DNA of 51,768 bases, from the IMG/VR virus record IMGVR_UViG_3300033480_000002, positions 1-51,768 of that record; one strand, written 5' to 3'. A program made the position numbers and the translations under genes. The notes under the pieces are model-generated. The model was not told where the DNA came from. It made no database searches and saw only the letters and a list, made by a program, of their open reading frames with translations. The DNA comes from a virus. Below, in pieces: positions 8,801 to 18,022 of this stretch. Position 1 is the stretch's first letter. Every line of letters starts with the position of its first letter.

Positions 8801-10401
8801 AGATCCGGTCCATGCGAATTGCAGCGGATAGACTTGCTCGCAAGGATGTCGTAAGTACACTCTATGATGTTTCTCAGCAGAGTGAAGCTGCTATAGCGGC
8901 ACGCTTTATTTCCCCGTTCTACTCTGCATGGTCTGACACCATGCGGAAATGGGGAAGGCTTTTCTACGAGGATCCATCTCGATTGACTCGTGGGGCCATC
9001 ATGTGGCAGGCACCAAAGGATGCAGGTCTTATTACTGAGGAGGATGGTGTCGAGTACATCACTCTTCCAGCCACGGGGTGGACAAAGAGTGTAGGTATCG
9101 GGGACTGGAAGATCCGAAAGGATTCCTTCAACATTGTTTTCCAGGGTGAGCCGTGGTGGCTTCCTGGGGGTGGGCCGATGATTCAGGTTCCCACCAATGA
9201 GATCGTAAAGAAGGTATATCCGAAATCCGCCGATAACCCGATTCTCAAGTGGATTTTGCCGTACGGTCCGACTGAGGATTCAGCTACCAAGCAACTGCTA
9301 CCCGCTTGGGCAAAGAGAGTCCAGGAGTCCGGTGTATTCGGAAATAATCCTAAGGAAGTTGCCGATGTCTACGCCATGCTCCTGGCTCAGGAACAGGTAG
9401 AGGCAAGGCTTGAGGGTCGTGACCCGAAGTCCGAAGATGAGATTGCCAAAGCTGCACGTAACTGGTTCCTGCTCAGGGCCATTACCGCAAATGCTGTTCC
9501 GGTGTCAGCTAAGCCCACTCCCCGTATGCAACTATATATCGACAAGGCTCACGAGTACCGCAAGGAATACTTCCAGGATCCTAGGGCTTACGAGGCCAAG
9601 TACGGCGTGGATGACTGGCAGAAAAAGTATTACCAGGATTTCCCGGATTATTTCGAGATGTCCATCTCTGTATCTCTCAATGAAACTGGTATTACTGCCA
9701 GCGAGCAGGCCATAACTGGGATACAGAAATGGCGCAAGTACATCGCTGGAAGTCCGGAGTTCGGTTGGATGTTTGTGGGACCGGACAATGTCGGAGACTT
9801 CTCGCAGGGTGCTTATACTTTCCAGGCATCCAATGCTATCGGATATGGGACAACAAAGAAGTTCCGTTCTACCCGGGACCCCAAGGAAGCTCTTCGTCAG
9901 ATGCAGGTGGAGCGAGGCTGGATTGAATACAATTCTGTCCAGACCAAGATTAACCTCATCATGGAAAAGCGGGGCATCTACTCGCTGAGCGACAATCAGG
10001 CTCAGGATATCAAGGCAGTAAGGGATCGCTGGATCGACGGAATGCGAAACGGGAGCCCCGCCAAGAAAGCATGGTACGAGGAATACATGGCCGGGGGCGA
10101 CGGATCTAGAGCGGTCCGTATGATCAATACAGCCACAGCCGCCTGGGAATCGAGTCCCGAACTCCGCAATCGCCCTGACATGCAGGCACTTCGCGATTAC
10201 CTCAAGATCCGGGAAAGAGTCCAGGCCGTTTTGGAAACCAGGCGTTACAAGTCTCTTGAGCGGAATCCTGATATTGCAGGCGTCTGGGGTCGCTTTGTTC
10301 AGAATTTGGTTGCCCAAAATATAGGGTTTGAGCAAATGTATAACCGGGTACTCCAGTTCGATAAACTTGCGGGTAGCCTCCCCGAGGCGGGTGAAGAATA
10401 A
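5869..10401 (+). CDS. Very large virion protein (1510 aa), candidate internal/ejection or head-decoration-type protein; function unassigned
   Basis: Longest ORF in the genome, with SD GGGGGA. Charged, alpha-helix-rich composition. Sits between the portal and the NlpC/P60 gene. Stop overlaps the next start (TAATG). Confidence 0.8.
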   Translation: MSFWSRVGDAFDWMGDRVGDAWAFAEKDLDKTAAGFAKTWREEQEINPAAKWGWQYGLEPTLNALNTVTSAVNRGLSTANQVFLAPQEEGQPYGEWLGRAFQGEEWKEAWGRTGDDIETEEGQPAEGISFGQSFYTGVGPGVGMDPGTVKERDDFFHHTWQGKVTSGAADFALAWYADPTVVAGKGIKAGRLAATTVRAEDVEDAIRVADSAEDSLDASRRARRAGSKIQNFIESTDGMTSAEMMHLPQFKATSNSAVMADLFAEANRVDDDITRHQIKRDVFGAALGSHTSRESLKANQEALRRRLDRFVMPIENSEAERYFQINDLGDAEMRFFNSQENLTELTAYTDNIEREISRMQAALDVRSTSRKIATDVLEGQKVKRELNFVRERVLYSGLGGRPVRIMAGGPGSSIPHHINVKDAEQGYRELEHNLARTGWLSGEQKSDFLDQFLAASDASERSVLVEKIENTMFAQAGQAHGRSGTEIRALLQASRGVRNTWKNGLKNRLYSAAEDQTGRRLDYVTTVGPDGEALVYPAPLLRTQIEDSVSFTDPRALEYALKRATNSRWLESLTGLMTGQSDKAIRGAARVQDIASYGNDLARSMANSALSMWKFMALARVAYPMRIQVDTQLRTLAALGGLSYISSAGRGGKNWLLNRRDQLIGTEDLLDLTAVPRADRRAIERAERGLTRVEGRLRDARKAGRTEEILPLKARVERARERLEAANQVRVTPSTGMRRTDLTRLEVARTPRGQRIELRPAADLAELEKREHLLSTDNAVAMAVADATDLHLATARGTGDWGIINGAHENWTSSQLRAVNQQIRNSPVGMRVLTDPDDASVARWIRSDPAAREEWNIVRQGNHDVEAWVANVRAHVEHHLPDPELRASIAERRMGQADIEAYFSDVAARRDVHGENYTPYGSNPITQWANGIRTKFFKTVSDMPEQVMGRHPLYNAQFRSHLRDMVENSTGDSLSEAEIRSMRIAADRLARKDVVSTLYDVSQQSEAAIAARFISPFYSAWSDTMRKWGRLFYEDPSRLTRGAIMWQAPKDAGLITEEDGVEYITLPATGWTKSVGIGDWKIRKDSFNIVFQGEPWWLPGGGPMIQVPTNEIVKKVYPKSADNPILKWILPYGPTEDSATKQLLPAWAKRVQESGVFGNNPKEVADVYAMLLAQEQVEARLEGRDPKSEDEIAKAARNWFLLRAITANAVPVSAKPTPRMQLYIDKAHEYRKEYFQDPRAYEAKYGVDDWQKKYYQDFPDYFEMSISVSLNETGITASEQAITGIQKWRKYIAGSPEFGWMFVGPDNVGDFSQGAYTFQASNAIGYGTTKKFRSTRDPKEALRQMQVERGWIEYNSVQTKINLIMEKRGIYSLSDNQAQDIKAVRDRWIDGMRNGSPAKKAWYEEYMAGGDGSRAVRMINTATAAWESSPELRNRPDMQALRDYLKIRERVQAVLETRRYKSLERNPDIAGVWGRFVQNLVAQNIGFEQMYNRVLQFDKLAGSLPEAGEE

Positions 10402-11189
10402 TGGCAACTGGCTACCAGGGAGCTCAGCCTGGGAATTATGGGACGTCGAACGCGCAGGCAGACCTGGAAATACTTTCTGGTTCCGGCTACGGGGCGAACC
10501 CCCAAGATCCTCCAGTGTGGTGGCGTCAAGATCGAAAGTCACCAAACCTCTATTCCGGAACTGCGGCCAAATATGGAATTCAACCGTCTACCTCGATAGA
10601 GCGATTCGGACAGATCTCTTCGTCTGAGGCTTCCCTCAAATTTTACTCTGACGACACATTTAGCAACAAGGTCATGAAGCAAATGCTAGACCTCGGGCTG
10701 ATCAAGACAATGAGCTTTTCGGAAGCATCAAAAGTCTGGGACATAGCCGTGGGGGAAGCGAGCAAATTTGCTGCGGCTGGCAGGCGAATCACTCCGCTAA
10801 TGGCACTCGATATCATCGGTGGAACCCGTGGTGGGGGTCAGGGTCCAACGTCCCAAACGCAAAAGTCATATCAGATCATCTCTCGCCCGAGCGCGAATGC
10901 ATACGTCCGGGCAATGTTCAAGGAGAATCTCGGACGTAATCCGACAAAGGCGGAACTGAACAGATGGGCTGGCAGGCTTATCAATAAGTCTGAGTCTGAC
11001 CCAACGGTCACAACCAGCACTACATCATACTCAGGCCAGAATACGTCCACAGTATCGCGCACCAAGGAAGGGTTTAGCGACACCGAGGCTGAGGAATACT
11101 TGCGGTCCGTCACTGAAGCCGATCCTGAATTCGGCGCCTATCAGGCTGCTACCACATATATGAATGCACTGATGAACGCCATCGGTTAG
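10401..11189 (+). CDS. Hypothetical virion-module protein (262 aa)
   Basis: TAATG coupling to the upstream gene. No recognisable motif. Confidence 0.75.
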   Translation: MATGYQGAQPGNYGTSNAQADLEILSGSGYGANPQDPPVWWRQDRKSPNLYSGTAAKYGIQPSTSIERFGQISSSEASLKFYSDDTFSNKVMKQMLDLGLIKTMSFSEASKVWDIAVGEASKFAAAGRRITPLMALDIIGGTRGGGQGPTSQTQKSYQIISRPSANAYVRAMFKENLGRNPTKAELNRWAGRLINKSESDPTVTTSTTSYSGQNTSTVSRTKEGFSDTEAEEYLRSVTEADPEFGAYQAATTYMNALMNAIG

Positions 11190-11200
11190 GGGGACCATAC

Positions 11201-11788
11201 ATGGACCTCCAGGTTGATACGTCCATCGAGCAGTCGCAGGATTTCACCGGAGCGCCGGGGGTTAACGCCCCCGGCATGGGTGCCGTTGCCAGCCCGTCCA
11301 CCGCAGCAGTTGACAGTCCGTCGTTTACTGGCCTGGCTGCTCCTCAGCTCTCCATGGCGGCTACTTCCCCGGACGGGGGTTTGCCCAGCCTGAAGCGGGT
11401 TAGCAAGGTCGGCAAGGTCAGATCTCAGGTTGTAGCATTTGCAAAGCAGTTTCTTGGTATCCCATATGTTTGGGGCGGAAATGGCCCCAAGGGGTTTGAC
11501 TGCTCTGGCCTGACTCGTTATGTAACAAAAAACTTTGGTGTGAACCTCCCTCGCATATCTTATCAGCAGGCAAATTCGGGTACTCGGATGGGGATAAGTT
11601 CTCTTCAGCCTGGCGACCTGGTCGCCTGGGATAACTCTGCTAGGAATAACGGGGCTGACCATATCGCCCTATACATCGGCAATGGGTACATTCTTGAGGC
11701 CCCCCGCGCCGGAGTCCCGGTGAGAATCCGGAAGTTAGGTAAGGGCGAGGGCGCCTGGGGGGTTCATCTGAAATATCCTGGAGAGTGA
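11201..11788 (+). CDS. NlpC/P60-family peptidoglycan endopeptidase (virion-associated candidate)
   Basis: C-terminal domain IPYVWGGNGPKGFDCSGLTRYV...GDLVAW...ADHIALYIGNGYILEAP carries the catalytic Cys (DCSG) and His (DHIALY) signature of NlpC/P60. Confidence 0.85.
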   Translation: MDLQVDTSIEQSQDFTGAPGVNAPGMGAVASPSTAAVDSPSFTGLAAPQLSMAATSPDGGLPSLKRVSKVGKVRSQVVAFAKQFLGIPYVWGGNGPKGFDCSGLTRYVTKNFGVNLPRISYQQANSGTRMGISSLQPGDLVAWDNSARNNGADHIALYIGNGYILEAPRAGVPVRIRKLGKGEGAWGVHLKYPGE

Positions 11789-11789
11789 T

Positions 11790-12656
11790 ATGGCCAAGCT
11801 GAGCGCGCGTCAGCTCGCGGAGGAATACGGCTTTGCTTATGCTTTCCTCAAGAGCGACAAGTCCCTGTGGGGGCTGTTCAAAAAGGCTGTCAGCGGTGGA
11901 TGGTCTGCGGAGAAATTCACAGCTAGACTTAAGACCACGAAGTGGTTTAGGAAAAATGGCGAGTCCGCTAGGCAGTGGAAGTTGCTGGAGAAGTCGGATC
12001 CAGCTACAGCAAAGCAGAGATTTAAGCAGACGCGTGCACAGGTTGGTGATTTCGCCGCCGAACTGGGAGCCCAGGTATCAGGCGAGCAATTAACAAAACT
12101 TACGAAAAATGCGCTCCTGTATAACTGGAACGAATCCCAGCTCCGCAACATGTTGGGCGACTACGTCCGATCTACCCATGGTGTGTATACCGGTGATACC
12201 GGTGACGAGATGGACCAGGTAAGAAAAACCGCCTGGGCCAATGGTGTCCGCCTCAGCGGGACTACGCTACATAATCACGCCACAAACATCGCAAAGGGAA
12301 AGTACGACTCCGATTATGTCGAGGGCCTTCTTCGCCGTCAGGCCATCACTCTATATCCGGAGTATGCTGATCAACTCAAAGCTGGTATGGACATGTTCGA
12401 TATTGCCAGTCCCTACCGTGAATCCATGGCAAAGATTCTAGAGATGAATCCAGCGGACATCGATATGTTCGATAATACCCTTCGTGGCGCGATGCAGACT
12501 AAGAATGAAAAGGGTGAGCTTACATCTAAAACGTTGTGGCAGTTCGAGCAAGATCTTCGCCGAGATCCGCGTTGGTACGGAACTCAGAATGCTCAGGACT
12601 CCACTATGGCCGTGGGGCGTCAGGTACTTAAAGACTTTGGATTCATGGGGGCCTGA
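11790..12656 (+). CDS. Hypothetical virion-module protein (288 aa)
   Basis: Starts 2 nt after the upstream stop. Coding-like composition. No motif recognised. Confidence 0.75.
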   Translation: MAKLSARQLAEEYGFAYAFLKSDKSLWGLFKKAVSGGWSAEKFTARLKTTKWFRKNGESARQWKLLEKSDPATAKQRFKQTRAQVGDFAAELGAQVSGEQLTKLTKNALLYNWNESQLRNMLGDYVRSTHGVYTGDTGDEMDQVRKTAWANGVRLSGTTLHNHATNIAKGKYDSDYVEGLLRRQAITLYPEYADQLKAGMDMFDIASPYRESMAKILEMNPADIDMFDNTLRGAMQTKNEKGELTSKTLWQFEQDLRRDPRWYGTQNAQDSTMAVGRQVLKDFGFMGA

Positions 12657-13498
12657 TGGCGACAACCAGCAATGCTCTGACAGGGAGCAAGCGGGATGCT
12701 GCCGCAGCGCTGGTTGCGCTGTTTACCGACTACGGTCTCGCCTCCCTTGCACCGCAGATTGTCCGGATGATCCAGGAGGGATTCTCTTCGGATACTATTT
12801 CCATCAAGCTCCGCGACACAAAGGAATACAAAGAGCGCTTCGCCGCGAACGAGACCCGTCGAAAGAAGGGGCTCGTCGATCTTTCTCCTGCGGAGTACGT
12901 AGCAACAGAAAGATCCTATCGTCAGATTATGTCGGCAGCGGGTATGCCAGTTGGATTCTACGATTCCAAGGATGACTTCCGAAAGTTCCTAGAGAACGAT
13001 GTGAGTCCCACTGAACTACAGAGTCGGGTGACCGTAGCCCAGGATGCGTTGAACAACGCCGATCGAGATGTCTTGACTTACTTCAAGCAGCATTACACCT
13101 CAGGTGAAATGGTTTCCTATCTCCTAGATCCCAAAAGGGCGACACCGCTCATTGAGAAGCAGTATAAAGCTGCTCAAATTGGGGGAGCCGCGTCGCGGCA
13201 GGGTCTCGATCTCGACGCCGGAACGGCCGAATCCCTCGCGGGCACGGGAGTCTCGGTGAGTGATGCGTCGGCTGGATTCGGTTTTATTGCCCAGGAGCTA
13301 CCGACAGCAAACAAGCTGGCTGACATTTACGGTGAGGGTGGTCTCACCTTGAAAGACCTCGCTGAGGAGGTTTTCCAGGATGACTCCGCTACAGCCAAGA
13401 AGCGAAAGAAGCTGGCTTCCCAGGAGCGCGCGAGTTTCGGGAAGAGCAGCGCGCTAACTAAAACGTCACTGACAAAAAGTGGAGCTGGCTCCCTTTGA
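12656..13498 (+). CDS. Hypothetical virion-module protein (280 aa)
   Basis: TGATG overlap with the upstream gene. No motif recognised. Confidence 0.75.
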   Translation: MATTSNALTGSKRDAAAALVALFTDYGLASLAPQIVRMIQEGFSSDTISIKLRDTKEYKERFAANETRRKKGLVDLSPAEYVATERSYRQIMSAAGMPVGFYDSKDDFRKFLENDVSPTELQSRVTVAQDALNNADRDVLTYFKQHYTSGEMVSYLLDPKRATPLIEKQYKAAQIGGAASRQGLDLDAGTAESLAGTGVSVSDASAGFGFIAQELPTANKLADIYGEGGLTLKDLAEEVFQDDSATAKKRKKLASQERASFGKSSALTKTSLTKSGAGSL

Positions 13499-13518
13499 GC
13501 CGTTGGAGCTAATTTACT

Positions 13519-14646
13519 ATGGCTAAGGTCACAATTCTTGTCCGGGGGCAGAGCCTCATCCTAACGGATGTTGAGGAGTTTTTTACTCAGATCAACGAGA
13601 CGGTTTATTCCGACTCTGCCCTGACTGTCCCTATCGTTATTCCGCATTCTTTCAGTACTGATCTCGATGTTTATTGCGCCGACGCGACTGAACTTGAGTT
13701 CACGGTCACCGATACCGGTGGAACCGCGTTCCCGAAACAGCGCATTGGTATGCAGGAACTTGTCGATCAGACTCTCGTTTTCGAGCCCAGCGATACGCAG
13801 GAGTGGTCCGGTCTTCGCGAGCCGGACGTCCAGAATTTCACCGTTGATGGCACATGGACCAAGCCGACTGACGGCCAGACCGTTCACGTCGAACTTATCG
13901 GTGGAGGCGCCGGTGGAGGCTCCGGTCGTAAGGGTGCCGCAGGAGCTGCTCGATATGGTGGCGGTGGCGGATCTGGTGGTCACTGTGCCGAAGGATGGTT
14001 CCAGGCATCCGCTCTTTCCGCCACGGTGGCTGTCACAGTCGGTACTGGCGGTGCCGGTGGCGCGGCCGTAACGGCGGATACTACCAGCGGAAATATCGGA
14101 GTTGCAGGCGAAGCGTCTAGCTTCGGTACCTACATTGCCACTCAGGTGTCCGTGCCTGGTGCTGGTGGAACAGATGCGGCAGCCGCGGGCGGTACCACCG
14201 CCTTTGTGCTCACTGGTGCTGGTGGCGCTGGTGGGGCTGGATCTGGGACTGCTGTTGCTGGTACGGCTGGTTCGTCCGGAGGGATTCTCTTCGGTGTGCT
14301 TCAGCCTGCGGGTGGTGGCGGTGGTGGAGGAATCCACACCGACAACGCTGCGCAGAATGGTGGCGCTGGGGGCGCCCAGAGCCCTCAGGCTAAGGCTGGC
14401 GGGGCTGCTGCTGTTGTCGACACCTCGGCGGCTGCGGCTGGTACGGCAGGCGGTGCTGGCAAGGCTGGTGCCGGTGGAGGCGGCGGGGCCGCTTCTAACA
14501 CTGCGACCACATACAGCGCCGGTGGCGCTGGTGGCCTTTACGGTGGCGGTGGTGGTGGCGGAGGCGCTGGCCTCAACGCGACAACCAACTCTGGCGTGGG
14601 TGGGGCCGGTGCGGCTGGTTACTGCCGAGTGACGACGTACTTCTAA
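13519..14646 (+). CDS. Glycine-rich tail/fibre-type protein
   Basis: C-terminal 250 aa are dominated by GGxGG/GAGG repeats (GGGAGGGSGRKGAAGAARYGGGGGSGG...). I associate this with actinophage minor tail proteins. SD-like GGAGCTAA upstream. Confidence 0.75.
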   Translation: MAKVTILVRGQSLILTDVEEFFTQINETVYSDSALTVPIVIPHSFSTDLDVYCADATELEFTVTDTGGTAFPKQRIGMQELVDQTLVFEPSDTQEWSGLREPDVQNFTVDGTWTKPTDGQTVHVELIGGGAGGGSGRKGAAGAARYGGGGGSGGHCAEGWFQASALSATVAVTVGTGGAGGAAVTADTTSGNIGVAGEASSFGTYIATQVSVPGAGGTDAAAAGGTTAFVLTGAGGAGGAGSGTAVAGTAGSSGGILFGVLQPAGGGGGGGIHTDNAAQNGGAGGAQSPQAKAGGAAAVVDTSAAAAGTAGGAGKAGAGGGGGAASNTATTYSAGGAGGLYGGGGGGGGAGLNATTNSGVGGAGAAGYCRVTTYF

Positions 14647-14649
14647 TCC

Positions 14650-14943
14650 ATGGCCATGCCAATGACTGAGGCGACGCTTAGTAACGTCGCCAGCAGCATT
14701 GTTTCCCAAGAGATTTCGGGAGGTTCATCCTCCCGCAAGCTCCTTTCCGTATATAATGACTCTGGTCAGGTGCTGTATCTGAAATTTGGAACGGAAGCAT
14801 CTCCGACGTCATACACGGTACAGGTTGCAGCCGCTGCTTACTACGAATTGCCTAACCATCCAACGCATGGGACCTACCTCGGTGTCATTACCGGAGTGTG
14901 GGCTGCGGCGAATGGTTACGCCAGGGTGACAGAGGTATCATAA
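14650..14943 (+). CDS. Hypothetical small tail-module protein (97 aa)
   Basis: Starts 3 nt after the upstream stop and ends in a TAATG overlap with the next gene. Confidence 0.7.
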   Translation: MAMPMTEATLSNVASSIVSQEISGGSSSRKLLSVYNDSGQVLYLKFGTEASPTSYTVQVAAAAYYELPNHPTHGTYLGVITGVWAAANGYARVTEVS

Positions 14944-16358
14944 TGCCGCTGTATGGACCTGCTACGCAGATCCCCCATACTGTTTCAGACATGTTGCGCG
15001 GGGCTAGTACGTCTAGCCCCGCAATCATGTCCCACCGAGCCCATCGTCATGCATTTCCTGAAAACAGCATGGCGGGTTATGAAAGTTCTTTCGCCGTCGC
15101 GGACGCGGCGGAGATCTCGTTTTATCGCACAGCGGATTATGTTCCCATCTGCATGCATGACTCGACGCTTACGCGCACCACGGACGGCACTGGCAATATC
15201 TCCGATATCACATACGCAACTCTGAAAAAGAACGTGAAGATTGACATCGGGGCATCAACCCTAGGGGCCGGGTGGGCGAGCCAAGACATTCCGCTTCTAA
15301 TGGATGTCATTGATCTCGGCGTTGGTAAGATTCCACTTCTGGTCGAACCAAAAACTGGATCTACGAGTGATTTCGGTGTTCTTTATGACATCATAAATAG
15401 ATTCACCTCACCAACAAGCAATTTCATCATCAAGGGTTACAGGGATACAGACGGCACATCCACAAGCGGAGTAGCCGCTGCCGCCGGACTGGGATATACC
15501 ACGTGGGTGTATTACAGTGAGGCTGATACCGCTGATATGATTACGGCGGGAGCTAATGATCCATACATTTCCATCCTCTCCATTCCGGCATCCCTTGCAT
15601 CCGAGGCGAATATCGCTCTTGCTTCCGCCACGGGAAAACCCGTAACTGTGCATGATGTAAATAGGCGCAGCGAAATGGCGACCTTCACGGGTCGTGGGGC
15701 GACGATGATTATGAGTCCCCAGGTTGGCTATCTCCAGCGTTCAACGGCCGCCCTGACTTCGACACACTTTGCGGATCAGCTCAGAGACCCCGGAATGATC
15801 CGGTACAATCTTGCTTTTGAAACATTCCCAAGTATGGACGCTGTCGATGGATCCATTGCTATGACAAGTGGCACTACTAATACCCTCATGCTTGGATCGC
15901 TTTGTGGGACAACCGCACCGGCAAGTTATGTAATTAATTTCTCGATCAAGTGGCCTACTCTTCCAGCAGTGAACGAGCAATCAGGTATTGCATTCGGCAA
16001 ACCAGATGACTCATCGTTTGGCACGCAGGATGCTACCAATGCTTCGGGTGGATATCATTTGGTTATCCGCCCCAGAGGGGCGACAGATACAGACTGCGCT
16101 TTCCAGCTTTATACCCACGCGCCATTGACGGCTGTTGGTACAAAAATCGGGGAATTGGCATCAAGTGCCAAGGTGGTTGCAGACACTTGGCTTACTGGCA
16201 CCGTTACGGTCACCGCCGCTAACATCACTATCGAGCGAACTGACGTTGCGACAGATCCAGTCACGGTTGCGAATACGACTTACCGTGGCCCGTACGTCCA
16301 TCTTGTTCCCGGGTCATCCACGCAGACGGTAGAATTCGGGAATGTCTCGATCACCTGA
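14943..16358 (+). CDS. Tail-associated glycerophosphodiester phosphodiesterase (GDPD) domain protein
   Basis: N-terminal HRAHRHAFPENSMAGYESS...CMHDSTLTRTTDGTG matches the GDPD active-site pattern (H-R...E-N...H-D). Start moved to the ATG at 14943 (MPLYGPAT) because it overlaps the upstream TAA. Confidence 0.8.
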   Translation: MPLYGPATQIPHTVSDMLRGASTSSPAIMSHRAHRHAFPENSMAGYESSFAVADAAEISFYRTADYVPICMHDSTLTRTTDGTGNISDITYATLKKNVKIDIGASTLGAGWASQDIPLLMDVIDLGVGKIPLLVEPKTGSTSDFGVLYDIINRFTSPTSNFIIKGYRDTDGTSTSGVAAAAGLGYTTWVYYSEADTADMITAGANDPYISILSIPASLASEANIALASATGKPVTVHDVNRRSEMATFTGRGATMIMSPQVGYLQRSTAALTSTHFADQLRDPGMIRYNLAFETFPSMDAVDGSIAMTSGTTNTLMLGSLCGTTAPASYVINFSIKWPTLPAVNEQSGIAFGKPDDSSFGTQDATNASGGYHLVIRPRGATDTDCAFQLYTHAPLTAVGTKIGELASSAKVVADTWLTGTVTVTAANITIERTDVATDPVTVANTTYRGPYVHLVPGSSTQTVEFGNVSIT

Positions 16359-16391
16359 GCAATGGACGCGTAAACAAATTGTGAGGTGGTC

Positions 16392-16772
16392 ATGCCGCTC
16401 TATGTGCCCGTTTCTACTAGTCTGCCTTTTCAGGGTAGCGCATTCCTAACATACTCCATTGGTCCCTCAATCGAAGTGATTGAGGGGGGATACAAGTGGC
16501 GAGCACCCGGCAGCGCGACGATCAACGGAGTGGCTGCCACACTTGGTACCGCTCCCGCCTCAACAAGCATGATTCTCGATCTTAATATCAACGGAACAAC
16601 TGCATACACCACTCAGGGCAACAGGCCGACGATCGCCATCAGTGGGACGTTGTCGACACTAACACTTCCCGATGTCGTTGATGTAGTTGCTGGCGATTTG
16701 CTTACTTTAGATGTTGATCAAACAGATGCAGCCGCACAAAATCTCGTTGTCGTAGTCTCCCTGGGGGTATAG
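16392..16772 (+). CDS. Hypothetical tail-module protein (126 aa)
   Basis: ATG follows GAGGTGG. The N-terminus MPLYVPVS mirrors MPLYGPAT of the preceding gene. Confidence 0.7.
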   Translation: MPLYVPVSTSLPFQGSAFLTYSIGPSIEVIEGGYKWRAPGSATINGVAATLGTAPASTSMILDLNINGTTAYTTQGNRPTIAISGTLSTLTLPDVVDVVAGDLLTLDVDQTDAAAQNLVVVVSLGV

Positions 16773-16773
16773 C

Positions 16774-17802
16774 GTGGCACTCCTTTTTATGGATGGATTC
16801 GCGGCTGGAGATTTTGCCACGAAATGGACTATTGTTGGGGTTTATCAGGCTCCCATGGTTGTTGGTACTGCAACTCCCCGAGTCCCTGGTGGGTCGTATT
16901 TGTACAATACGGGCGCAGCGGCTAATACAATCCAACAGGCATTCACTGCAACCGCGGAAATCTTTTATGGATTTGGCCTGCGCCTGATGGCGGGCGTAAC
17001 GTCCTGGAATACTTCCATTTTCTCCGATGCTGCCGTGACTTGTCACCTCGTCCTCCAGCGGAGCGCTGCTGGATTCCTGGAACTACGTCGTGGCACTACG
17101 ACTGGAACGATCCTTGCCACAGGAACGACCGCTATTAGCGATGACGTGTGGCATTATATTGAGATTCGCGCAACGGTCGCCGACTCCGGTGGAATCTGCC
17201 AGGTCCATTTGGATGGCAATGCAACCCCAGAGATTGACTTCACTGGTGACACTAGAAATGCAGGAACGTCGGTTAACATTGATGCGGTGCGACAGAGTGT
17301 CAGAAACGCAAGCACTGTTTTCTTGACCGATGTCTATATCCTCAATACTACCGGCGCAGCGCCATTGAACACATGGCTAGGGGATGTTGCAGTGCGAACG
17401 CTATCCCCCAGTGGGAATGGTACAACTTCGCAGTTTGTTGGAAGCGACGCCGACTCGACGGACAACTACGCCTTGGTGGATGAACTTCCGGTTTCTACGT
17501 CTGATTGGGTCGGCTCGGCCACCGTTGGGCATAAAGACACTTACGCTATTGCCGACCTCCCGGCAGGTGTGCAGACCGTATATGGTCTAGCCTGGAACGC
17601 CAATGTAGCCAAGACTGACGCGGGCGATATTTCGGCAGCTCCGGTTATCCGATCGGGCGCCACGGATTATGTCGGATCGACATTCGCTCCGAGTACATCC
17701 TACGTCACCAGGCAGGTTATCTACGCGACTGATCCGGCTACCTCGGCAGCGTGGACCCCGGCGGGGGTTAACGCTATTGAAGCGGGAGTGCAAGTGGCAT
17801 GA
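16774..17802 (+). CDS. Hypothetical tail/receptor-binding-type protein (342 aa)
   Basis: GTG start 1 nt after the upstream stop. Beta-rich Thr/Ala/Gly/Val composition typical of fibre or spike domains. Function not verifiable by eye. Confidence 0.7.
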   Translation: MALLFMDGFAAGDFATKWTIVGVYQAPMVVGTATPRVPGGSYLYNTGAAANTIQQAFTATAEIFYGFGLRLMAGVTSWNTSIFSDAAVTCHLVLQRSAAGFLELRRGTTTGTILATGTTAISDDVWHYIEIRATVADSGGICQVHLDGNATPEIDFTGDTRNAGTSVNIDAVRQSVRNASTVFLTDVYILNTTGAAPLNTWLGDVAVRTLSPSGNGTTSQFVGSDADSTDNYALVDELPVSTSDWVGSATVGHKDTYAIADLPAGVQTVYGLAWNANVAKTDAGDISAAPVIRSGATDYVGSTFAPSTSYVTRQVIYATDPATSAAWTPAGVNAIEAGVQVA

Positions 17803-17996
17803 CCGATGTCCGCCTAGCTGGAATCCAAGGTGAAGCTCTCGGCGATGGCACCCCGTATACGCGACTGTCAGGTGCCTATCTGGAAACACTGGCCCAGTAC
17901 CCGCCCCTTGAGGTCTGGACTGCAAACCTCTATATCAATGTCCTGACTGAAGCTCCTAGCGGCAGCCGTCAGGGATGGGGCCTAATCTGTTCATGA
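17799..17996 (+). CDS. Hypothetical small protein (65 aa)
   Basis: ATGA overlap with the upstream gene. Followed by hairpin cctggt-ctat-accagg at 18003-18018. Confidence 0.55.
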   Translation: MTDVRLAGIQGEALGDGTPYTRLSGAYLETLAQYPPLEVWTANLYINVLTEAPSGSRQGWGLICS

Positions 17997-18022
17997 TCAA
18001 TGCCTGGTCTATACCAGGCCGC

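Noticed and set aside
5869-10401. Calling the 1510-aa ORF the tape measure protein
   Set aside because: Its length is compatible, but the gene sits before scaffold and capsid. It lacks an upstream chaperone pair with a slippery site, and I saw no tape-measure-like repeats. It is left as an unassigned large virion protein.
13561-14709. 382-aa antisense ORF opposite the Gly-rich tail gene
   Set aside because: It is open only because the GGN-rich sense strand lacks antisense stop codons. The product is Ser/Arg/Thr low-complexity, and it has no start context.
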